A DNA stretch of 64,000 nucleotides, from NCBI GenBank assembly GCA_030706385.1, contig JAUZOQ010000003.1:4297-68296 (forward strand), in the 5' to 3' direction. Both the position numbers and the translations under genes were made by a program. This document shows, one piece after another, positions 43,878 to 51,643 of the stretch. Every line of letters begins with the position of its first letter. Position 1 is the first letter of the stretch. The notes under the pieces were generated by a model, which searched no databases, had not been told where the DNA came from, and worked only from the letters and a program-made list of their open reading frames with translations. This DNA comes from Bacteroidota bacterium. GTDB lineage: Bacteria > Bacteroidota > Ignavibacteria > Palsa-1295.

Positions 43878-46800
43878 TCAATCTGCGAATTTCGCCTCAA
43901 TGTTTTCAATATACATCTCGAAGGTAACCTTGCTGATCGCATCAGCGTTGTTCTCCGAAGCAGGTGCGCTCCTTCGGAATAAACCGGCTGTGGCAAAATT
44001 CAAAGTCAAGAGTTCTTTTCCGTCACCGTTATAATAGGCGAGCGAACCTCCCTTGTTGATGCCTTCAAGTTTCTTACCGGCAACAACGTCGAAATCATGA
44101 GCATACTGCTGCGGCACGGTGAAGACGAGTTTCGTTGCAGAAGAGCTCATTTTCATGCCGGCCGCTTTGCTTCCCTCCGACTTTGTCGGGCTACGTCCCA
44201 GAAGAGTCTTATAGAGATGCGTCGCACAATCACCCGAAGGATTTTTCATGCGATATTCCGGCGAGCCGAGTAGCGAAGCCTTCAATTGATCGATGCTCGC
44301 TCCGCCATTCAATACACCAAGCCATTCGGCAACTTCCGCAGAATTCGGCATTCTTCCGAGATATGTACCATAGTAATATCTGATCTGCCGCGTTCTATAC
44401 TCCGGACTCAGAATGAGTTGCGTGACGATCTGCACGCGCGATTGAGTAGCGTTATTAAGTCCATCTACTAAAGCGGCACTGCCTCCGTCGGCTGTTCTGC
44501 CCAAAAGATCTTGGTAGATCTCGCTCACATATCCGGCGTTCGTGGCACCACATTGCGTAGTAAAATATTCCTGCGAGCTGATTATTCCGATCAATACTTG
44601 TTCCGACCTGCCGCCTGCCTTCAAGATATTCAAATATGTATTCAATCCATTCGGTTCGGCCGGTCTGCGAAGATATGTTTGATATAAGCTGCCGATCAAC
44701 TTCGTGAAATATTCGTCGCTTCCGAGAATCGACTTAAGAACTTGTGAGCAATCGGAGGGATCGATCCCATTAGTCATTCCGGATCCCGGTGCATCCATTT
44801 TCTGCTTGATCGAGATCGCCTCGATCTTATTGACATGAGAAGCAGCTTCCTCGAAGCCATCCAACTTCAACCGGAAATTTGCCGGCATCCAATTCTTTTG
44901 TTTAGCGTCATCGGAGGGAAGTGTTTTCGGCGAATCGATCTTCATGAGATCGGCTGTCTCCGGAGAGAATGTTACCGTCATTTTCGCAGCATCCTTGGAA
45001 GCAGCATCGAGAGCAGGCATTCCAACCTCCGTGATAAGTCCGTGGTAAAAATTCAAGCGGGTCAGCTCTTTGAAGTCATAATTGGCAGAGACTATGGCTC
45101 CATCCTTCCTGCTATGTTTACTACTGAAGGAATTCTTGATCCAATCATACATTCCTTTCGACATGCCATCAGTGAATGTTAGGGTAATATCCTCGTATTT
45201 CACCCCGCCGATATGCTTCTTTGCGATATGCTCGGGCGCCATGCCTTCAGTACCGGCATTCCCAGTCGAAGGTCCGCCGTCAACCGATTGTACCAATCCA
45301 GCCATGATGCCGTCAAGCTCGATACCATATTTCCCTGCTGTGAAAGAGCGTTTATCTGCCGTCGGCGCTCCGGGCGACGTTCCGAGCGTGATAACAGCGG
45401 AGCTTCCCTGCCCCGGCTTTGGTGGCAGAATGGATTGCGGAAAAAGATCGAGATCGAAGTGGATCAGTACTTCGCCTTCAGCATTGAGATATTCTAAAGA
45501 GCCATGCTTGTAACTTGGTTTACCGGTATTCCCGTTTACGGCAAAATCCTCATGCCAATCGTAGAAATCCTTGGCATATTGAGAAGGTATCGAAACCGAA
45601 AGGTTGGGAAAATCGATATGCCCGGGCTCCTTCTGATAATCTCGCGCCTCGCCGATGTTATCGGTTGCAACCGATTGCTTAACGACAAGTGCTTCGATCT
45701 TATTGACGCGTGAGGAAGCATCATCCATTCCATCGATCTTCAACCGGAAGTTCGCCGGAAGCCACTTCTTTTGGATTTTGCCGTCTATCGCAAATTTTGA
45801 AACGTCCGCATTTCCAGAGCCCTTCTTATAGCGTATGATCTCCGGCGCAAATTTCAAATTCAGAAATCCCGGATCTTTCGAGGACCCATCGCATCCTGGA
45901 AATCCGATCTCCGTTACGAGAGCATCTTTGAATTCGCGACTGCTCTTGGAATCTCTCTTAAAATCAGCTGCATGGAGCTCGCCACTTTTGCGGGCACCCG
46001 TACTCTTGTCGAACGAGGCCTTCACCCACTTGTAGATCGAACCACTTACCGGAACAACTTGAATTCCGATCTGCCCGCCTTGATCGCCATCGCCTTGAAC
46101 ATCTCCTCCTTCAAGTTTCTGCACTAATCCCGCTTTTACGCCATCGAGATCCAGTTCAAAATTTCCGCTTACATACGATCTGCCGCTCTGTGTTTCATCG
46201 ACTTGACCTGAATTGTCTCCGAAGTCGCCCCAATCGATCCCGGCCTTATTGGCAAAGTACGCTTCCCACTTCCATCCGGAGAGATCTGCATTGACATCAT
46301 TTCGGCTTTCGGTAGATCCTGTATTCGGTGCTGCGCTCGTCGGAGGCATGAGAAGGCCGATAAGCATGAGTTCTGCTTTCTCTCCGCCAATCGTAGTCGG
46401 CACAAGCAGAGTCATCTGCTGAGCAGGCTGGCTCATTGTACCTTTCATCGATTTCATTTCACCTGCAAAATGCCAGATGACGGGCTGTACATCCATGCGC
46501 TCGTAGGTAAACTCGATCGACTCTGTTGCATGCGCACTCGTCTTGGCACCGGCAGGTGGTGGTTTATAACTCATCGGGAAACAATCGAACAAGTTATACC
46601 GGCGTGCTTCGCCTGCATCATCCTGCACGATGATACTTACATTCCTTCTCTTGGTTTTATCACTTGCCGTCGATCGGCTCCAATCATAAAATTCCTTCGT
46701 CCCGCTCCAATCTTTTGTAAGCGTGATCTTTCCGGGTTTTTGCCGACCGGGACGCAGGTGCGTATACATATCATCGCCGTCCTGATACTCGACAACTTCA

Positions 46801-49715
46801 TGCTCATGCTCAAGTCCTTCGACCGTGTGAATTCCGCCAACCATCACGCCATCGATCTCAACTGTGAACCTATGCGCAAGATTGAAATCCCCTTGCGTTT
46901 TTGTTGTGCCCTTAAGTTGGTCGCGGCTGAACTTCACTTTGCTCATTGCCGGCAAATCTTGGACCAGTGCTCCTCGTAATGCTCGCTCGCGATCGGAGAA
47001 GACGGGATCGTGAAGGATAGGATCTTTCACCGACTGATTGCTTTGCAGGATCTGCAAGGTCTGCGGTCCGATATTCGTGTTGAAGAATATCGATTCATTT
47101 CCGGATCCGCCAGCACCGCCCGAACTCTTTTCCGAAGATCGAAAAAGCCTGTGCGACTTATCCAAACCACGCAATACGACCGTAACCTTGGCACGGGTCG
47201 GAGTTCCATCAGGAAGGAACATGGTATATTTCATACAGAGACCGGCAAGGGTCATATCGGTACTACTCGATCTATCCCAATAAAACTTTACCTTCACTCG
47301 AGAGAACTTGCCATCCTCCACGCCGAGCCAGCGCAAGACGTGCTGCAGATCGGGCTTCACAGACTTCTGATCTTCAAACATATCGAACATCAATTCGACA
47401 TCGAGCGCCTCTCCCTCACCTGCAGTGAATTCTGTCGACGGTCTATCGCCCTCGGAATTCCTATGTTTTTGCCAGGGTACGGGTTTATCAATTGTGATCT
47501 CCTTCGGATTGTAATACGCCGTTATTGGCGAACCGCCGGTAAGAGAGCCGATCGTAAGCTTCGAAGGTGAAAGATCACTCGATCCGGGTGATCCCTGTTC
47601 GGCAGGAGAAGGTGGCGGCGGAGGATTCAGAAATGATGTTGCATCAAGGAAATTGTTTTCTTCGGGACAGAAAAGCATAGCATTCACTGCGCTTCCGCCT
47701 GCATCGGCGTAATTGAACGGTCCCTTTCCTGGAGTGAAGAAATCAAAATCCGTTTCTTGGTATTGAACTGCATAGCGAACTTCATTCGTATTCACTCCGC
47801 CGCCATCGGCAGCCGATATCTTTATTCCACCGCCGGAACCAGGAGCCTTTGAAGGTTCAATGAGATCGGGAGGAATATCAACCGATCCATCGCCAAGAGC
47901 AAATATCGGCGGCCCAGGTGCGATCTCGCCTTGTCCATTTCCGGTTGTACCCGGTGGGGTTGCGCCTCTGGTTGGAGGTATGCCTCGCGGCGTCCCCGTA
48001 GGTGTAAGTACCTGTACGGCAAGAGGAATAAAAGTGAATGCCGATGGATCGGGCCTTAGATAGACATCTGTCAGATTCGTGTTCTTTGGCCTGACGTCGG
48101 TGCTGCCTATACTCCCACCTGCTCCGCCACCACCGCCTCCGGAACCGACAGAAAAAGGTCCGCTCAAAGCCTTCACTGCATTACCCATTTTATCGGTTGC
48201 TCTAATTTGAATCACTCCCTGTGATGTTTGAAGATCCGATGGTACATTCCAAAGCAGTGATGGAGGTGCAGTCGCTCCGTTATCCGGAGGTGAAATGGTA
48301 GTTGGAAAAGATGTTCCGCCATCGGTTGAAAGAGTTGCGACGTAGTTACTGAGAGCATCATTATCGGATGCATCGAACTTGATCTGAAATTTCGATCCGG
48401 GTGCGATCATTTCTCCTCCGGCCGGAGATGTTATTCTGATCGTCGGAGACTTCGTATCAATGCCTTGGCCTTTTAGCTGGATCGTGATCGGACCGGCATC
48501 GGTGGCAATTTTTACCGATCCATCTGCTGAACCGATAGTCGTCGGCTTGAACACCAGGGAGAAGGTAGAACTAGCTCCAGGCGAAAGAACAAGAACTTCA
48601 GGCTGCTGGGAAATGCTGAATCCCTCATAAGAGCCTGCTCCCGATACTGCCGGCAATAATAAATTCAGTGTTCCCCGGCCGTTGTTGGTGATCGTTACCG
48701 GGCGGGCATCCGATGTCGTTCCGACCCGGACCGATCCGAAATCGAGAACCTGCGAACTCAGAATAAGATCTTTCAGCGGATCGCCGCCATCTCCGCTTTG
48801 GTCGCATTTCGGAGCAATAGAAAAAGTGTAAGGCACGGCCCAACCGTCATTTGTTACGACAAATGGATTACCGCTTTCGTCAAGAGCGCGAACACTCCAG
48901 ACGTAGGTCTTCCCTGCTTCGGGAAGAAAATATTCCGTCGGCCAGATCATATTGGTCATATTCAGCAGGTCGCGCTGGAATACTGCCCGCGCTCCGCGCA
49001 AAGCTGCGATCGGTGCCTGACCTGGAAAAACTTCGTAGATCGCAAAATGATATGTGACCGGCGACTGTGGTGCCGGAACAATTGGTGTCCACTGAAATAG
49101 CGTGATCGGCCGGCCGTCTTCCTTGCCGATAACATTATTATAGCCGAGCTTACAGAGAATCGTCTGGTTATCCGGCAAGATCAAGCTTGGTGGAGAATAA
49201 CTAAGGATGAGCGAACACCCTGTGCCCGGAGAATTCTTCGCTTCCCTACCGGTGGGCGCACCCGTCTTCGAATCAAGTTCTTGGACGTGGACGATGAGGC
49301 AGACTTGCCCATCGGGAATGCGGCCGGCTCTCTGCGAATTCTGATCAACGCCACTTTCGAAATGCACGGTCTGCAGAGGCACTAAGGTCTCGCCGTTGAA
49401 GACGTTTGTTCCGGGAGCGATCATTGTAACGGGAAGCTTTGCCGGCTGGCTGTAGGCAACCCGACTGCCGTTAAGTATGAACTCTACCCAGATCTTTGAT
49501 GGTATCGGTGAGGGCGCCGTACTGATGACAGTGACAAGAGCCGTGCTTGCGCGACTCTTCCAGTCAGAGAGAAATGCCGAAGGATTATTCAGAAATACCT
49601 GTGGCGTCTGAACGTTCGGTATTGTGCTCTGAGCATGCGGTGAACTGCATAGAAGCGAGAAAGCGACTAAGAAAAAAGCCGTTCGGTAGAGTCTCTGATA
49701 GTATTTCATAGGCAT
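43878..49715 (-). CDS. giant secreted protein: Ig-like domains + Gly/Pro linker + ~6 tail-tube-fold (CIS tube / T4 gp19-like) domains + 3 DUF4214 repeats
   Basis: ATG 49715 or 49709, signal peptide MKYYQRLYRTAFFLVAFSLLCSSPHAQS. Tube signature HRFTVEIDGVMVGGIHTVEGLEHEHEVVEYQDGDD..PGKITLTKDW. Duplicated modules GNFELDLDGVKAGLVQKLEGG / GKYGIELDGIMAGLVQSVDGG. DUF4214-type LYQTYLRRPAEPNGL, IYQDLLGRTAD, LYKTLLGRSP. No T9SS C-terminal domain. Confidence 0.85.
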   Translation of the reverse strand: MPMKYYQRLYRTAFFLVAFSLLCSSPHAQSTIPNVQTPQVFLNNPSAFLSDWKSRASTALVTVISTAPSPIPSKIWVEFILNGSRVAYSQPAKLPVTMIAPGTNVFNGETLVPLQTVHFESGVDQNSQRAGRIPDGQVCLIVHVQELDSKTGAPTGREAKNSPGTGCSLILSYSPPSLILPDNQTILCKLGYNNVIGKEDGRPITLFQWTPIVPAPQSPVTYHFAIYEVFPGQAPIAALRGARAVFQRDLLNMTNMIWPTEYFLPEAGKTYVWSVRALDESGNPFVVTNDGWAVPYTFSIAPKCDQSGDGGDPLKDLILSSQVLDFGSVRVGTTSDARPVTITNNGRGTLNLLLPAVSGAGSYEGFSISQQPEVLVLSPGASSTFSLVFKPTTIGSADGSVKIATDAGPITIQLKGQGIDTKSPTIRITSPAGGEMIAPGSKFQIKFDASDNDALSNYVATLSTDGGTSFPTTISPPDNGATAPPSLLWNVPSDLQTSQGVIQIRATDKMGNAVKALSGPFSVGSGGGGGGAGGSIGSTDVRPKNTNLTDVYLRPDPSAFTFIPLAVQVLTPTGTPRGIPPTRGATPPGTTGNGQGEIAPGPPIFALGDGSVDIPPDLIEPSKAPGSGGGIKISAADGGGVNTNEVRYAVQYQETDFDFFTPGKGPFNYADAGGSAVNAMLFCPEENNFLDATSFLNPPPPPSPAEQGSPGSSDLSPSKLTIGSLTGGSPITAYYNPKEITIDKPVPWQKHRNSEGDRPSTEFTAGEGEALDVELMFDMFEDQKSVKPDLQHVLRWLGVEDGKFSRVKVKFYWDRSSSTDMTLAGLCMKYTMFLPDGTPTRAKVTVVLRGLDKSHRLFRSSEKSSGGAGGSGNESIFFNTNIGPQTLQILQSNQSVKDPILHDPVFSDRERALRGALVQDLPAMSKVKFSRDQLKGTTKTQGDFNLAHRFTVEIDGVMVGGIHTVEGLEHEHEVVEYQDGDDMYTHLRPGRQKPGKITLTKDWSGTKEFYDWSRSTASDKTKRRNVSIIVQDDAGEARRYNLFDCFPMSYKPPPAGAKTSAHATESIEFTYERMDVQPVIWHFAGEMKSMKGTMSQPAQQMTLLVPTTIGGEKAELMLIGLLMPPTSAAPNTGSTESRNDVNADLSGWKWEAYFANKAGIDWGDFGDNSGQVDETQSGRSYVSGNFELDLDGVKAGLVQKLEGGDVQGDGDQGGQIGIQVVPVSGSIYKWVKASFDKSTGARKSGELHAADFKRDSKSSREFKDALVTEIGFPGCDGSSKDPGFLNLKFAPEIIRYKKGSGNADVSKFAIDGKIQKKWLPANFRLKIDGMDDASSRVNKIEALVVKQSVATDNIGEARDYQKEPGHIDFPNLSVSIPSQYAKDFYDWHEDFAVNGNTGKPSYKHGSLEYLNAEGEVLIHFDLDLFPQSILPPKPGQGSSAVITLGTSPGAPTADKRSFTAGKYGIELDGIMAGLVQSVDGGPSTGNAGTEGMAPEHIAKKHIGGVKYEDITLTFTDGMSKGMYDWIKNSFSSKHSRKDGAIVSANYDFKELTRLNFYHGLITEVGMPALDAASKDAAKMTVTFSPETADLMKIDSPKTLPSDDAKQKNWMPANFRLKLDGFEEAASHVNKIEAISIKQKMDAPGSGMTNGIDPSDCSQVLKSILGSDEYFTKLIGSLYQTYLRRPAEPNGLNTYLNILKAGGRSEQVLIGIISSQEYFTTQCGATNAGYVSEIYQDLLGRTADGGSAALVDGLNNATQSRVQIVTQLILSPEYRTRQIRYYYGTYLGRMPNSAEVAEWLGVLNGGASIDQLKASLLGSPEYRMKNPSGDCATHLYKTLLGRSPTKSEGSKAAGMKMSSSATKLVFTVPQQYAHDFDVVAGKKLEGINKGGSLAYYNGDGKELLTLNFATAGLFRRSAPASENNADAISKVTFEMYIENIEAKFAD
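44187..44753 (-). other. domain: three DUF4214-type repeats inserted in tube module B (aa ~1662-1850)
   Basis: ..IGSLYQTYLRRPAEPNGLNTYLNILKAGGRSEQVLIGIISSQEY.., ..VSEIYQDLLGRTADGGSAALVDGLN....LILSPEY.., ..YYGTYLGRMPNSAEVAEWLGVLNGGASIDQLKASLLGSPEY... Confidence 0.65.
44796..45344 (-). other. domain: two-lobed tube module B, first part (aa ~1465-1647). It resumes at 43881-44141 after the DUF4214 insertion.
   Basis: FTAGKYGIELDGIMAGLVQSVDGG..KKHIGGVKYEDITLTF..FYHGLITEVGMPALDAASKDAAKMTVTFSPE..KNWMPANFRLKLDGFEEAASHVNKIEAISIKQ. Confidence 0.6.
45432..46178 (-). other. domain: two-lobed tube module A (aa ~1187-1435)
   Basis: YVSGNFELDLDGVKAGLVQKLEGG...FAPEIIRYKKGSG...KKWLPANFRLKIDGMDDASSRVNKIEALVVKQ...NLSVSIPSQYAKDFYDWHEDF...GSLEYLNAEGEVLIHFDLDL. 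Confidence 0.6.
46482..46889 (-). other. domain: canonical tail-tube (Pvc1/Afp1/T4 gp19, TIGR02241-like) segment (aa ~950-1085)
   Basis: FNLAHRFTVEIDGVMVGGIHTVEGLEHEHEVVEYQDGDDMYTHLRPGRQKPGKITLTKDWSGTKEFYDW...VSIIVQDDAGEARRYNLFDCFPMSY..ESIEFTYERMDV. Confidence 0.65.
47157..47534 (-). other. domain: CIS tube protein N-terminal-like segment (aa ~735-860 of the giant protein)
   Basis: ITAYYNPKEITIDKPVPWQKHRNSEGDRPSTEFTAGEGEALDVELMFDMFEDQKSVKPDLQHVLRW. Confidence 0.5.
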
Positions 49716-49774
49716 GATCTTGACAGTACAGTACAATCCCTCTTCTAAAGACGTTTCAACAATACTTTCTGTGA

Positions 49775-49782
49775 CAAATATA
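49775..49782 (-). promoter_or_regulatory. TAnnTTTG -7 promoter box for the giant tube-domain gene
   Basis: The minus strand reads tatatttg, about 60 nt upstream of ATG 49715 and directly after the terminator-like hairpin. Confidence 0.45.
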
Positions 49783-49845
49783 AGAAAAATCCCTCAACCT
49801 GCCGATTTTAACGCGAAAATGCGGAAAAAAGCGGGATGAGGGATT
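49781..49845 (-). terminator. terminator-like long hairpin after the PaaK-like gene
   Basis: Minus strand: aatccctca (49845-49837), a 40-nt loop with an inner stem, tgagggatt (49796-49788), then tttctta. Confidence 0.4.
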
Positions 49846-49883
49846 CAGGCGGGCGCCCCGAGGCCCCTATCTTATTTTACGTC

Positions 49884-51515
49884 TCAGTTCGTAAGGAATC
49901 TGGTCTGCTTGATCTTTCCCTGATCTCCGGCAAACGGGCCTTCTCCGATACGATAGAGTTGAATATCAGGGACAAGTGTTTCGGGATACTCACGCCATGC
50001 TTCACGGAAATCAGCATTGAGTTTTACCAGCTTCGGAATGATCGAATCTGCAAAACGCTTCGAGAGCTCGGCACTCGGCTCACCGGCAACTTCGAAGAGG
50101 AAGCGCGGACGCACTGCTCCATTTGTCCCTTCGGCAAGAGCAAGGCAGAAGGAATTCGTGATCTGGGCAAGCTCCGTGTCCTGATAGAGGCACTGCTCGA
50201 TATCTTCGGGATAAATGTTCGCGCCCATAACGCTGATCGTATAATCGCGGCGGCCATAGATCCAAAGAAATGGAAGGCGTACATTCCCATCTCCACACTG
50301 TGCGCGAAGTTGCTTCAGATCGATACCTAATTTCTGAAGTCGCTTTTCCATTTCGTCAGAAGTCATCACGCCTCCGGCGTCATGTACATTATATCTGATG
50401 CGCGGAGAGAGCAGCGTGTTGCGCGAGATCGTGAATATCACTTCGTTATTCTCATTGACTTCGATGTGATGCATGAGCGGATTGTACTGAAACACCATCG
50501 GCAGACGTGAATCCGGTCCGAAGAGTGCAAGCCGTAGATCATCACGCTCTCTGGCAAGACGGCGTAAGGCTACGGAAATAGGAGTTTCTCCGGCTATTCC
50601 AATTTCGAGATCCGTTGCGCCGTAACCGCTATAGACTTTTTCGAAATGCCGCAGTAGATAATCACGCAAACCTTCTGACATTCCTTCGCCACCTGCGAGA
50701 CCATAGAGGGTGTAATCCTCAAGCGGAAATCCTTCGGCCTCGGCAACATCGATCAGATGCTTGAGAAATGGTGGATAGCCGGTGATGAGATACGTATACC
50801 CTGTTCCGAAGAATCGCAGTGTGTGCAGGATCTTTGGAATGTCAGGGCCTGTATTTTTCACGACGCCATTCTTTTGCAAAGCGATGCCCATGTTAATTCC
50901 GGTTGCCCATGCCCCCATGCTGAATCCGTTGATCGTGACCCAAGGTTTGTTTCCATAACAATAGGAAGCGAAGTAGCTGATGAAGACGTGGCTTTCTTTG
51001 CGTTCTTTCCAGCTGCGCACCCAGTTATATGGCGTACCTGTCGAGCCCGACGATTCGTCGATCATCGTTCCGTGTTTGAAGAAGGATCCTTCTACACAGC
51101 GCTCGGCAGTTGGATATTTCTTAATGTACGATTCTTTATCCGTTTCCGGCATTGCTGATCCGGATTGGCTATTGACGTATGCTTCATATGCAGGTATGTT
51201 TCGCACTGCACGATAGTACGCTCTGCGAGCGCGGACTTCCGATGCCCACACGAGATATGAAGGCGGAAGTGTTTTGAACACTGCAAGAAAGGTCGGATAT
51301 GTTGCGCAGGAAATCTTCAGGAGCCAATCGATCGGCGTCTGAATCGCAAACGAAAGTCGTTCGCGAAGTGAGGGCGTCGTCCTTCGGGCAGTGCTTCGTT
51401 CTTCCTGTGCAACCTGTGTGATGGGTCGATTCGGAATCAGTACTTCCTGCCGTTTAGCAGCTGTCGGATGGATAGATGCTTCTGCTTGTACCCTTGCATG
51501 TATTTGCGAATTCAT
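49884..51515 (-). CDS. phenylacetate-CoA ligase / coenzyme F390 synthetase-like adenylate-forming enzyme
   Basis: ATG 51515 with AAGGAGA 5 nt upstream. Acyl-adenylate motif DESSGSTGTPYNW, YGATDLEIG, and C-terminal domain with GDQGKIKQTRF. Confidence 0.85.
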   Translation of the reverse strand: MNSQIHARVQAEASIHPTAAKRQEVLIPNRPITQVAQEERSTARRTTPSLRERLSFAIQTPIDWLLKISCATYPTFLAVFKTLPPSYLVWASEVRARRAYYRAVRNIPAYEAYVNSQSGSAMPETDKESYIKKYPTAERCVEGSFFKHGTMIDESSGSTGTPYNWVRSWKERKESHVFISYFASYCYGNKPWVTINGFSMGAWATGINMGIALQKNGVVKNTGPDIPKILHTLRFFGTGYTYLITGYPPFLKHLIDVAEAEGFPLEDYTLYGLAGGEGMSEGLRDYLLRHFEKVYSGYGATDLEIGIAGETPISVALRRLARERDDLRLALFGPDSRLPMVFQYNPLMHHIEVNENNEVIFTISRNTLLSPRIRYNVHDAGGVMTSDEMEKRLQKLGIDLKQLRAQCGDGNVRLPFLWIYGRRDYTISVMGANIYPEDIEQCLYQDTELAQITNSFCLALAEGTNGAVRPRFLFEVAGEPSAELSKRFADSIIPKLVKLNADFREAWREYPETLVPDIQLYRIGEGPFAGDQGKIKQTRFLTN

Positions 51516-51643
51516 GTCAATCTCCTTTGATTTTGTACGTAAATAATTACGGTACAAAAATGGCAAAGTTGCATGCCGGACTTGTCACGGATTTGTCACC
51601 ATCCTATAACAAGACTGTCGAAATCGCGGGGAAACTGAATTCT

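Noticed and set aside
51531-51559. Hairpin ttttgtac/gtacaaaa upstream of the PaaK-like gene as a terminator or attenuator
   Set aside because: The stem is AU-only with a 13-nt loop and no downstream U-tract. It sits right against the Shine-Dalgarno sequence. That is interesting, but too weak to call.
42639-51566. A complete extracellular contractile injection system, T6SS or prophage tail locus around the tube-domain gene
   Set aside because: The flanking genes are a PD40/TolB-like propeller and a PaaK-like ligase. No ORF in the window resembles a sheath, baseplate wedge, VgrG/gp5 spike, PAAR, tape measure, AAA+ ATPase, capsid, terminase or integrase.
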